Shown here piece by piece: positions 48,191 to 58,600 of a stretch of 64,000 bases of DNA (position 1 is the stretch's first letter; the number at the start of each line of letters is the position of its first letter). Below the pieces are notes generated by a model that worked only from the letters and a program-made list of their open reading frames with translations, had not been told where the DNA came from and made no database searches. A program made the translations under genes and the position numbers. This DNA is from Piromyces finnis finn (lineage: Eukaryota > Fungi > Neocallimastigomycota): NCBI GenBank assembly GCA_002104945.1, contig MCFH01000083.1, positions 62,001 through 126,000 of the forward strand, read 5' to 3'.

Positions 48191-51100
48191 TTATAATAAA
48201 TCACTAATATTTGTATTTAAAACTTTTAATAAACTTTTGAATCCTGTTTCTACATAATGATAATAATAATATTGATAATCTAGTTTAGGCTTACTAATAT
48301 TTTTATTTTTAGTAGCCTTTTCACATATATTTTTGTACAAGTCTAAAGATATCATTTTGTCTCCTAATAATTTTGAATTCTCATTAAATGCAAATGAATT
48401 GGTATCTATAATTATATATTCAACTTTTTCACCAACTTTATAATCCAAGTTATACATTTTATGGTTATTAACAAAGAGTAAAACATAGTAAGACTTATTA
48501 ACGTACTTTGGTCCAATAGACAATTTCATAATCAACTTTTCTAATGGTACATCACCAGAAAGCAACTTATTTTTCATTTCTAGTACCTTATTACGTATCA
48601 GGTTTTCTGGATAATCAAAAAGTATCATATATAAAAATATTTTATAATAATCTCTAATGAAAATACAAGTATTCTTTTTAATAATATCTATCCCTTTGAT
48701 ATACAATTCCGATGTATTTGCCAAAACACCACAGTATTTCTTTTTGGAAATAATTAACATTCTTTTAAATGTGTTTTCATATTTTAGATGCATTCCTTCG
48801 GGTAATTGATCGGTAACATATTCTGCTACTAATTTACAGTCTTCAATAAATTTATTAATATTAAAATCTTTAGTATCATGATATTTTTCGCTACTTTTAT
48901 TTTCTACATCCTTCTTATATTCAATAAGACATGAATCTGTATCACCATAAATTACTCTAAATTTGGTATTTTCACAAATTAAGGCAATCGTTTTATTCAA
49001 GTAGTTTCTTCCCATTCCTGTGGTACATTCAGCACCTGGTAGGAATCTTAAATACTTTAAAGAACCCGAGCCAAGACACCCATAAATAGAATTAGCTTGT
49101 ATCTTTAATGCATATTGACGTTTATCATATATAATATAATCGGATCCAGATGCCTTTTTCATCATGTTTTTATAGCGAATTCTTTCTGAAAGAAGTAACT
49201 TCATCATTCGAGGTAAGATGCCAACATGACTTTTTGTAAAATAATACACTTTATTCCCTATATCAATTTTATGATACTCATCTTCCGCATACTTTCCAAT
49301 ATCACTGTTATGAATTAATGTTGTATAGCATATATTATGCGTAATGATGACACTTGGATATAAACTTGTAAAATCCAGCATAGTACAATAATTGTATACA
49401 CCGGATAATGGTTCAATAACAGTAGCACCTTTATAGCTAGATATATCAGAATTATCAATATCTATGCAAATATTATTATCATAGCAATATTTATATAATA
49501 AATTTGCAAATTTTTTACTCTGCCCGTTTTTATAAACTTCATCAACCCGGATTCTTGAAGTTTTGGCAATTTCTAAAAGTTGAATCCATTGATATGAAAT
49601 GTTAAATATTTCTAGAGTTAGGATGGAATCCATAATACAATACATTGCCACTTTATTTAAAGAATCATTGGTATTTTCGTAAATTAAATAAAACATGTCT
49701 TTGAAGGGTAAATCGATTTTATGCTTATTTAATAGTTGCTCAGAAACATAATTTAAACTAGCCGATGGCATATTTAAAGATTTTGCGTATTTGAAAATAT
49801 CAATTGTAATTCTACCTGGAATCTTAAGTTCAACTTCATTATTAGAAGTAGTCATGAATTTTGTTGGCATATTTAGAATTCTATTGGCCTTAAATGGTGA
49901 ATCCTTCTGATCAATAATCGAATACATACCAGCTCTTTGGGCTAAGTATTTATAATCGAATCCAAAAGTATTATAACCGATAATTAGGTCCGGATCCAAT
50001 TTCCGGATTTGATTAAAAAATTCACAAATTAAGTCATATTCTGATTCCACAAATATAATATCATATTTATCATTTAAAATATCACTTTTTAGAATTTTAT
50101 CCTTTTTAGATTTTTCGTGTTTCATAATAAATTCTTCTATTGGTTCTAATGAGCTTTCTTCCTCTTCCTCTTTCTTTGTAAAACTATTTAGAGAATTTTT
50201 AATCAACTTTTCATTTTTCAAACTATTATTTAGTATACTTTTTAGTCTATTAAATCTACTTTTAATATCACAATTATATGTGCAGTTATTATTATTTAAA
50301 AGCGCTTTTAGTCTATGATATCTTTTTTCCACCTCAATATCATTAGTTTTAATAATAACACTATTATTATTATTATCATTTTTATTATTTTTATTGTTGT
50401 TAATACTTGTAGTAGGGTTAGTAGAGGAAAAAGAAGATAAGGTTGTTGTAGTGTCATTAATAAAAAATGAATTATTTATATCCATACAAACTGATTTAGA
50501 TTTACTACAATTAATTGTATTATCAACAGTGCTAGTATGAATTGAATTATTATAATCATTTATAGTATTACTCATATTACTATTGATATTTAAACTATCC
50601 ACTTTTTGTTTTTCTTTTGCAATTACTGAATTGCACTTAACACCAACATCTAATTTATCTAATTCAATGGAACCTTGGTCATCTTTGTAACTTTTATTAA
50701 TATTATTAATATTATTAATATTATTGCTATTTTCATTTTCGATTTTTTTATCAAAAAATACAAAATTTTTGCACGAATTATTAAATTTATTGATATCAAT
50801 AAAAGATATAAATGAAGGACTAATTTCATTTAATTGTGACCGATTTACAATATTATTTTTGTCTTTGTACTTTACACAAATAGCAATATTTCTTTGAATG
50901 TCTTTATAATGATATACAATACTAACAGTTGATATATAGTCATTATATAAATAGCAATTTGGAAAAGATTCAAAATCATGAGACATGCATTCTATATCAA
51001 ACGACAATATAGAGGGTTCCGGATAATTGTCTATTTTTTTTTCATGAATATCTTTATAGCTGATGATATATTCCTTATTGAAAGTGGTATATTTTTCCAT

Positions 51101-51481
51101 TTCATTTTTTTGGTATACATTTGAATAAATCCATCCAATGGTATCTAGATTTTGAGTTGAAAGAAAAGATGACACTAAGTCAACATTAAATAGAGTTGTA
51201 TGAAATGAAGCGTATTCAGAATATTTTTTAAAATACACTTTATAAACTTTCTTTTCTCCATCGAGGTAATGACGTAATAATCTTTTGTGTAAAACTTCTT
51301 TTTTATTATTAATATAATTAAAATTATTCATATTTATGGATTCAGAATATTTAAACAATGGAAAATCCTTAATAACAACTGCTATTTTATCATTATTTTT
51401 GTTATACCCAAATCCGATAATAATAGGTGAATCGTCATTAATGAATAATTCCCAATTATAAATAAAACAAGTTAATACCAT
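48191..51481 (-). CDS. polB: Viral-type family B DNA polymerase (RNA-primed type) with an Asn-rich insertion between ExoI and ExoII
   Basis: ExoI SFDIEC, ExoII GYNTFGFD, ExoIII YCIMDS, motif A DFTSLYPS, motif B K..ANSIYG, motif C YGDTDS. No introns and no C-terminal Cys zinc clusters of host Pol alpha/delta/zeta. Confidence 0.95.
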   Translation of the reverse strand: MVLTCFIYNWELFINDDSPIIIGFGYNKNNDKIAVVIKDFPLFKYSESINMNNFNYINNKKEVLHKRLLRHYLDGEKKVYKVYFKKYSEYASFHTTLFNVDLVSSFLSTQNLDTIGWIYSNVYQKNEMEKYTTFNKEYIISYKDIHEKKIDNYPEPSILSFDIECMSHDFESFPNCYLYNDYISTVSIVYHYKDIQRNIAICVKYKDKNNIVNRSQLNEISPSFISFIDINKFNNSCKNFVFFDKKIENENSNNINNINNINKSYKDDQGSIELDKLDVGVKCNSVIAKEKQKVDSLNINSNMSNTINDYNNSIHTSTVDNTINCSKSKSVCMDINNSFFINDTTTTLSSFSSTNPTTSINNNKNNKNDNNNNSVIIKTNDIEVEKRYHRLKALLNNNNCTYNCDIKSRFNRLKSILNNSLKNEKLIKNSLNSFTKKEEEEESSLEPIEEFIMKHEKSKKDKILKSDILNDKYDIIFVESEYDLICEFFNQIRKLDPDLIIGYNTFGFDYKYLAQRAGMYSIIDQKDSPFKANRILNMPTKFMTTSNNEVELKIPGRITIDIFKYAKSLNMPSASLNYVSEQLLNKHKIDLPFKDMFYLIYENTNDSLNKVAMYCIMDSILTLEIFNISYQWIQLLEIAKTSRIRVDEVYKNGQSKKFANLLYKYCYDNNICIDIDNSDISSYKGATVIEPLSGVYNYCTMLDFTSLYPSVIITHNICYTTLIHNSDIGKYAEDEYHKIDIGNKVYYFTKSHVGILPRMMKLLLSERIRYKNMMKKASGSDYIIYDKRQYALKIQANSIYGCLGSGSLKYLRFLPGAECTTGMGRNYLNKTIALICENTKFRVIYGDTDSCLIEYKKDVENKSSEKYHDTKDFNINKFIEDCKLVAEYVTDQLPEGMHLKYENTFKRMLIISKKKYCGVLANTSELYIKGIDIIKKNTCIFIRDYYKIFLYMILFDYPENLIRNKVLEMKNKLLSGDVPLEKLIMKLSIGPKYVNKSYYVLLFVNNHKMYNLDYKVGEKVEYIIIDTNSFAFNENSKLLGDKMISLDLYKNICEKATKNKNISKPKLDYQYYYYHYVETGFKSLLKVLNTNISDLL

Positions 51482-51552
51482 ATTTGAAATATTAGAACAA
51501 TAAAATTATATGTTTACCAAAATATGTATTTAAAATAAAAAATCAATTATAA

Positions 51553-51993
51553 TTATAATGAAACATATTTATCATTACCAATTAAATTATATATATGTAA
51601 ATAGCGAATAATATCAAAAGCATATTCCATATGACTTTCATCATTGTCCATTCTCATAATGTCTTTTAAAAGTTCATTAATTTTACCCCTATAATTAGGA
51701 TTATTAATGTCATTGGAATGAAATTTCGGATATTCATAATTCTTAATAATATAAATTAAATATAGCATCGAAATATTTAATTTATTGAAGCGATTTTCGT
51801 TTTCATTTGAATCACTACGATAAAATATATGAACCTTTAAGAAATCGATAAATTCATTAACGTATAATGAATTGCTATACTTTCCAGTAGTAGTACTTAA
51901 CAATTTATAGTGAATTTGCTGATGGATACTTTTATCATAGCTGAAACTGTTTCCTTTTAATTGATGAGTAATTTTAGAAGAGTCTAAATTCAT
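51553..51993 (-). CDS. Hypothetical 146-aa protein in the viral block
   Basis: ATG-initiated intronless ORF co-directional with polB; no motif recognised. Confidence 0.6.
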   Translation of the reverse strand: MNLDSSKITHQLKGNSFSYDKSIHQQIHYKLLSTTTGKYSNSLYVNEFIDFLKVHIFYRSDSNENENRFNKLNISMLYLIYIIKNYEYPKFHSNDINNPNYRGKINELLKDIMRMDNDESHMEYAFDIIRYLHIYNLIGNDKYVSL

Positions 51994-52400
51994 TTTTATT
52001 TAACTTACTTTTTATCAAATGAACCTAATTATTTTAATCATTTTATATATTATAATCTATTACTAAATCAGTTAATTAACTAATTAATTAAATTTTTTAT
52101 TTAATTAATTATTTATAAACCTATTAATTTTAAATATATATATATCTAATTAAATGCATTTTTTTGTATATAATAAGATAAAACTTAATATTTATAATCA
52201 ATTAATTGGTGTATTTAAAAATAAACAAATATATATTTGTTTATATAAATACTCAATGATATTCCATTCACAACAAATGATTTTTATTTCATTTAATTAA
52301 TATTTTATAAATTATAAATTAGAAAGTAAAGTTTCTGTTTTTTTTAATCCTTATAAATAAGAAAAACTAAAAAAAAAAAAAAAAAAGTATAAATCAAGAA

Positions 52401-52985
52401 ATGTCAGAAGTAGTAAAGAATCTATCTCAAATGAGATTAAATGAACTAAAGCGTACAGCAATTACTGACGCCATTACTCTTGTCTTAAATACGATAAGTA
52501 AGCAAGTTTCAATAACCAAAAAAGATAAATCTTTTACTGTTAAGAAATTAACAAAAACAATAGAATTAATGTACAAATTACTTGCTGACTTAAATAACGA
52601 CCAATTCCCTTTGGATATTATTAGTTCATTGAAACCTCACATCACAAGCAGCTTAAGCAATACATTTTGTTACAAACCACCACTTAAAAGTAGTAGTAAA
52701 AAGGAAATCTTTGAAAGTACACCAATTATATTTACTCCTAATATTCAATTAGCTTTAGAAATTTCTTACAAAGAAATTAAAAAGGATATCAAATTACAAA
52801 AATTGCCAGAGTATTATCACTTCTTTGTATTACCTTTAAATATTGATGATAAAGAATACATTATTACCTATGCTGAAGAAAACAAATATTCAAAACGTGA
52901 AATTATTGAGATATTACTCGATAATGTCGAAATTAGTAAAGATGCACTTTCTAAGGAAATTAAAACTAAATATGAATTTATTTAA
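52401..52985 (+). CDS. Hypothetical 194-aa protein, weakly DUF1016-N-like helical C-terminus
   Basis: LPEYYHFFVLPL...EYIITYAEENKYSKREIIEIL resembles the LSWSHY...A...WS.REL pattern; weak. Confidence 0.5.
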   Translation: MSEVVKNLSQMRLNELKRTAITDAITLVLNTISKQVSITKKDKSFTVKKLTKTIELMYKLLADLNNDQFPLDIISSLKPHITSSLSNTFCYKPPLKSSSKKEIFESTPIIFTPNIQLALEISYKEIKKDIKLQKLPEYYHFFVLPLNIDDKEYIITYAEENKYSKREIIEILLDNVEISKDALSKEIKTKYEFI

Positions 52986-53030
52986 TGAAATTTTATTTAT
53001 GCCCTAACCTTTTTAGCATAATAATAATAA

Positions 53031-53170
53031 TAATAAAAATCTTATAAAAATAATAAAAATCTTATAAAAATAATAAAAATCTTATAAAAATAATAAAAAT
53101 CTTATAAAAATAATAAAAATCTTATAAAAATAATAAAAATCTTATAAAAATAATAAAAATCTTATAAAAA
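53031..53170 (+). repeat. Perfect 20-bp tandem repeat x7 (TAATAAAAATCTTATAAAAA)
   Basis: Seven identical units read directly. Confidence 0.95.
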
Positions 53171-53638
53171 TAATTTATTTAGTTATTAAAAAGATATATT
53201 TATATATATTTGTAAATAGTTTAGTTATGACGTCATTAATTCATCTATTTTACTAATGTTATTGGATGTTTAAATTGGAATAATATATGTAATTAACATT
53301 AATTATAATAATGATAATAAAGAGAGTTATATGATGATTGATATATAAATAAAATTATTTGATTTATATAAATGAATATACATTATATTCTATTTAAATT
53401 TTTAATCTAAGTAAATAAATTATTATTAAAGATTAAAGTTATTTTTTTTTTTAAAAGTAAAAATTAATGTCAGTTTATGTAAGAATTCTATCAATATAAA
53501 ATGCATTAAATTCTCATTAACTTATAATTTAAATATATTAAAATTTTCAATTTTATTTTTAAAATGAAAATAAGTTTATTTTATTTTATGTTTACAAAGT
53601 CTTCTTTAATAATAATCTATTAATACAATAATTTGTTA

Positions 53639-55426
53639 ATGGTATCCTTAAGTACAAAAGAAATAGAGACAGATGGTATTAATATATACCATCCAATTGT
53701 ATACTTTTTATTTATCTTGTTAAAACATGATGAAACCAAAAAATCAAAATCTTATACATTAATTGCTAACTACCTAAAAACATATAATGTACAAATTGAT
53801 AAAAAAGATGAAAAAGATACAATGACAAATATAGAAATTGGAATTCTTAATAACCGATTAAATAATATAAAGATTGAGGAAAACAATGCTTTGGAAAATA
53901 AAAAGTTCAAAAATGATATTATTGACATAATTTATAGTTGTATTGACGAATTTGGATTACGCATTGTAAATATTGCCCGATTAATGACTATAAAAAAATA
54001 TTACAGTAAAACAGTATTAACAAATCATTCCATATTCAATATATTTATTATTTTAAATTTGGGATATTTTGTATACAGTGATAAAGAATGGTATAAATTT
54101 TTCTATAGTCTTAATGGATGGGAATCGATTAGTTCTTACGATATAGCTAAAGAAATAAATTTATATTTAACCGGAAACCTTAAGAATATGTGCCTCGAAT
54201 ACAATATATCTTTGGATGGCATCACTAATGAATTAATGAATTTCTTTACCAATCATACCATAATCTACAATCATTTGGAACAACTTGAAACCTTCTTTTA
54301 TACATATGATTTTATTAAACGCATTGATAAAGGTAATGTATTAAGATTCGAAGATTATGTTTATGATTTTGGTATCAATGCTCCACGTCCTGGACGTCCT
54401 AATGACTTTTGTCTGAAATCAACCAATTACAATTACTACAATGATAACAAAGATAAAATAGAAGAAGTCTATCAATTTCTAAGAGAAATTTTCGTTGAGG
54501 ATGATTTAATAGAATATGTATTGAAAGTGATTGCTTCTACCCTTACTCTTGGTAATAAATTACGTTCCATTCTATTTTTCATTGGATCTGGTCGTAATGG
54601 TAAAACTACCTTTACCAATATGTTGCGACTTGCACTTGGAGATTATGCTGCCACTCCAAACGTATCTTTATTTTTAGGAAAGTCTACAAGCGCCGATAAA
54701 CCTAGTCCTCATATGATGGATCTTAATAACTGCAGAATTTCGATATGTGAAGAACCAGATGCACGATCTATCAATATCACCGGTGATGCTAAAGCCATTA
54801 CAGGAAATGTCGGGTATATTAAGACTAGATCTTTGTATAAGGATTTGCAAACCGTTTATGTTGATTTGTTACCGATTATCAATACCAATGATAAATTAAC
54901 TATATCCAATTTGGACAATGCTTTAATTGACAGAATCTTGGTAATTCCTTTCACTCAACGTTTTGTGAACAAGATGAATATTTCAATATTATCCTCCACT
55001 CAAAACATTAACAATACCTCCATCAAGCATGCCAATACAATGTGGCAAGGTTCCCATGTTCAAAGTTATGCTGAAGCATTAATGCACATCTTGATTCAAA
55101 ATTATCAAAAGGACTATACGAATCTGGAGATCCCTCAAAGTGTAATTCATGCCACAAAGCATTTCATTATGAGATGTGATCATATCGCTCGATTCTTAGA
55201 AAAGTATATTATTGATAAAAATGACACTTTTGCCATTCCTATCGATGAACTTTATTCCTTATATAAAAATTGGTTTAAGCAATATGTTTCAACTAGAGCT
55301 ATTAATTACAGTTTGGAAGATTTTCGTATGGATTTAATTAAATACAATATAAGAATAAACAATGTAATGACAACTGATACCAACCGTTCAATTGAATCTA
55401 TTATTGGTTATCGAATATTAAATTAA
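53639..55426 (+). CDS. D5-like SF3 helicase (D5_N + helicase), N-terminal AEP primase not evident
   Basis: D5_N-like YDF..NAPRPGRPNDF..ST; Walker A GSGRNGKTT; Walker B CEEPD; K.ITG...TRSLY; motif C INTND; RILVIPF..RF. An in-frame stop lies just upstream of the first ATG. Confidence 0.92.
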   Translation: MVSLSTKEIETDGINIYHPIVYFLFILLKHDETKKSKSYTLIANYLKTYNVQIDKKDEKDTMTNIEIGILNNRLNNIKIEENNALENKKFKNDIIDIIYSCIDEFGLRIVNIARLMTIKKYYSKTVLTNHSIFNIFIILNLGYFVYSDKEWYKFFYSLNGWESISSYDIAKEINLYLTGNLKNMCLEYNISLDGITNELMNFFTNHTIIYNHLEQLETFFYTYDFIKRIDKGNVLRFEDYVYDFGINAPRPGRPNDFCLKSTNYNYYNDNKDKIEEVYQFLREIFVEDDLIEYVLKVIASTLTLGNKLRSILFFIGSGRNGKTTFTNMLRLALGDYAATPNVSLFLGKSTSADKPSPHMMDLNNCRISICEEPDARSINITGDAKAITGNVGYIKTRSLYKDLQTVYVDLLPIINTNDKLTISNLDNALIDRILVIPFTQRFVNKMNISILSSTQNINNTSIKHANTMWQGSHVQSYAEALMHILIQNYQKDYTNLEIPQSVIHATKHFIMRCDHIARFLEKYIIDKNDTFAIPIDELYSLYKNWFKQYVSTRAINYSLEDFRMDLIKYNIRINNVMTTDTNRSIESIIGYRILN

Positions 55427-55630
55427 AATTTCTTATCAAATTAAAATTTTAATATTATATAGTTACTCTATAGCTCTTGTTGATATATATATATATTTAT
55501 ATATATATAAATGTGATAATAATTTAAAATAATAAAATAATTTTTCACTATTTTATTAAATTTTTATAAAAATTAAAATATTGCAAAATTAAATGTTAGT
55601 TTTATAGGTTGAAAAGTACATGTATTATAT

Positions 55631-58600
55631 TGTAAAGATATCAAACGCCTCTGTTTGATATCTTTAATGTAACTTAAGCCACAAGTATTATTGTTTAAGT
55701 TACACAAATTATATTCAGAAAAAGAAAATGAGACATAATTTATTTATTAATAATTAAAGTTTAAAACAAAATAAATTATTAATTTATTTTTAATGTTTAA
55801 CAAGTAAATTAATATTCTCAATTTAAATCCCTAGTTTTAGTATTGTTTTTTTTATAGAAATAGATAAATAATAAATGATTAATATATCAATAATACATGG
55901 GCACATATTCAAATTAAATAGTACTTAATTTGAATTGCCAATTGTATTTTACTAAAAATAGTTATAGTTTAAATATTTATTAATAATTAAGATTTTAGTG
56001 TAGATTTTAAATAATAATATATAAGAAATAAATAGTTATAATATAATATAAATGTATTTAGGAAAAATATAAATAGAAGATATTTTTCATCATTTTATCG
56101 ATGTAATTGTTATTATTAAAATTCTATTATAATAAAAGATATTTTATAAAACAATTTTTTATTTTATTTTTTCAAAATCTTGTGTTATTGTAATAGAATA
56201 GATATCCTAATCTATTCTTTCTGTGTCGCCATTACAATAACAATTACCTAACGAAAACCAAGAATACGTTAGGGTATCTACCGCCGAGTAAAAGAAGAAA
56301 AAGAAGGAATAACTACTGGGTTGAAATTGAGTCTACCGCCGAGTAAAAGAAGAAAAAAGAAGGAATAACTACTGGGTTGAAATTGAATCTACCGCCGCCG
56401 AGTGGGAAGAAAGGACCAAGAATAACCATTAAGGATTGATTAGTAGTACAAAACTTGTTCGACACTGCTTTTTGCAGAACGCGTCTGAATAACTTTTGTA
56501 TTGTTAGATATACTAAAATTATCTTTTATAAATAATTAAAAAAAAAAAAAAAAAAAAAAAAATTACTTACTTGAAATAGTAGTAAGAAAACATTTTATTT
56601 ATTTTAGTAAGTTGGAGGGTTTAATTAGTGAATTTGAAAATTTGAATTTGGAAATGGGTGATAGGAATGTGGGTGTTTCCGGGAACTCGGGGAACATTAT
56701 TAATGCTCCACCGATATTCTCTGGTAAACAACGTGAATTAGATGGATTTTTAACTAGAGTGGAGTTGGTATTTCGTACTCGACCGACACTGTACAATACA
56801 GATCGAGTCAAGGTCGACTTCGTTATATCATACTTCTCTGGTAAACCTTTGGAATGGGCTTCAGTGTTGATGAAGAATAATAGTGGGGTTTTAAACCATT
56901 ATGATGAATTTGTAGATAGGTTGAAGGCTAATTTTGGCAGTTATAGATACGATACCGTTGTAGCTAACGGAAAATTAGATAATCTTCGCCAAAGGAAACT
57001 TGGTCAGGTATTAGATTACATTACCGAGTTTCAACGTATTAGCCAAAATTCAAGCTTTAATGATAGCGCAAAAATCTACATGTTTCTGAAAGGTTTATTA
57101 CCACCACTTAGGGAGAAGTTGGCTTTCATTGAATCAAACCCAACTTCAATTGAACAATTGATTTCTTCAACTATTTTAGTTGAAGATATGATGAAAAGGA
57201 ATTCTTTAAGTGAATTTTATTTTAATGGTAGAAGGGCTAATGATCCTATGGATGTGGATGTATTTAAAATTAGTAGAGAGAATAAACGAAAAAGGTATGT
57301 GAATATTCAAGGATCAAGTAAAAATTACAATGAAAACATAGATAACTTTGAAGAAGAAAAGAAAAAAGGGTTATGTTTTCTTTGTAAACAACCGGGACAT
57401 TTAAAATTTAATTGTCCTAATAGAGTAAAGCCCAGAAAAGTGTTAAGAATTGTTAAAGAAAGGACTCCAAAAATTGTTAATCCAAAAATTTACAAAGTTG
57501 GAGTTAAGGGAGTGAAAAGTGATTTAAACCTTGTGGACTTTTACTTGAGTACCAATGAAGTTTCGGAAGTTAAAATTAAGGTTTTAATTGATTCCGGTTC
57601 TGAATTAAATTTCATTAATCCAAGTCTTGCTGAAGAACTTGGTATTAATTTGGAAAAAGTGGAACCATTCCGTGTTTCAGGTGTTAGTGATGGAGTTGTT
57701 AGTGTTTGGGAAAGGACTGAGAAGTGCATGCTCCGTTGCAAAAATCACTTCGAAGTAATTCAACTTTATGGATTACAAGTCCCCGGTGTTGATGTTATTC
57801 TTGGTTTGCCGTGGATAAAGAAGCATAATCCAAATGCTTTCTACGACTCTAAGAAAATCGCTTTTAGTTCTGGTTATTGTGCCAGACATTGTAATAAAGG
57901 CAAAAGAAAGAGAAAACCAAGAAAGAAGTCAAAGAATGATCAGTTAGATCATGATGTTCTCGACCGAAGCTTGACCAAAAAGCCGAAAGTAGATCCCTCT
58001 GTCCCAAAAAATGAAGAAAAAGAATATGTTAAAGGCCGCCTTGTTAGAACCATCAATGATGAAGATGATAGCGATGATGAATATATTAGTTTTAATAAAA
58101 AAGTTAAATGTATTGTAACAAAAATTAATGAAACATGTAATAATGATAACGAATCATGTAGTAATAATAATAATAATGGAAAAGATATTAATAAAGATAA
58201 ATTGGTCGCCGTACCAACCCAATATTTAGAATTTAGTGAAGTATTTAATGAAAAAAATTGTGAAGTGTTACCTCCTCATAGACCTTATGATTGTGAAATC
58301 AAACTTAAAGATGATTCGACTTTATTTTATGGACCTTTGTATCCATTAACTGAAGTTGAAAGAGAGGAACTTAAAAAATATATTGATGATAATTTAAATA
58401 AAGGTTTTATTAGGAAATCATCGTCTCCTGCTGGTGCCCCAATTTTATTTGTTAAAAAGAAGGATGGCTCCCTAAGACTTTGTATCGATTATAGAAAGTT
58501 GAATGATATTACCATTCGTAATTCATATCCTTTACCTTTAATTAGTGACCTTTTGGATAGGGTGAAAAATGCTAAGATTTTTACTAAATTAGACCTTAAA

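Noticed and set aside
48191-51481. Polinton/Maverick or pGKL-type linear plasmid as the source of the polymerase
   Set aside because: Motif spacing and sequences are those of RNA-primed PolB. There is no retroviral-type integrase, TIR or terminal-protein region, and separate RPB1/RPB2, D5 and VETF-like genes are present.
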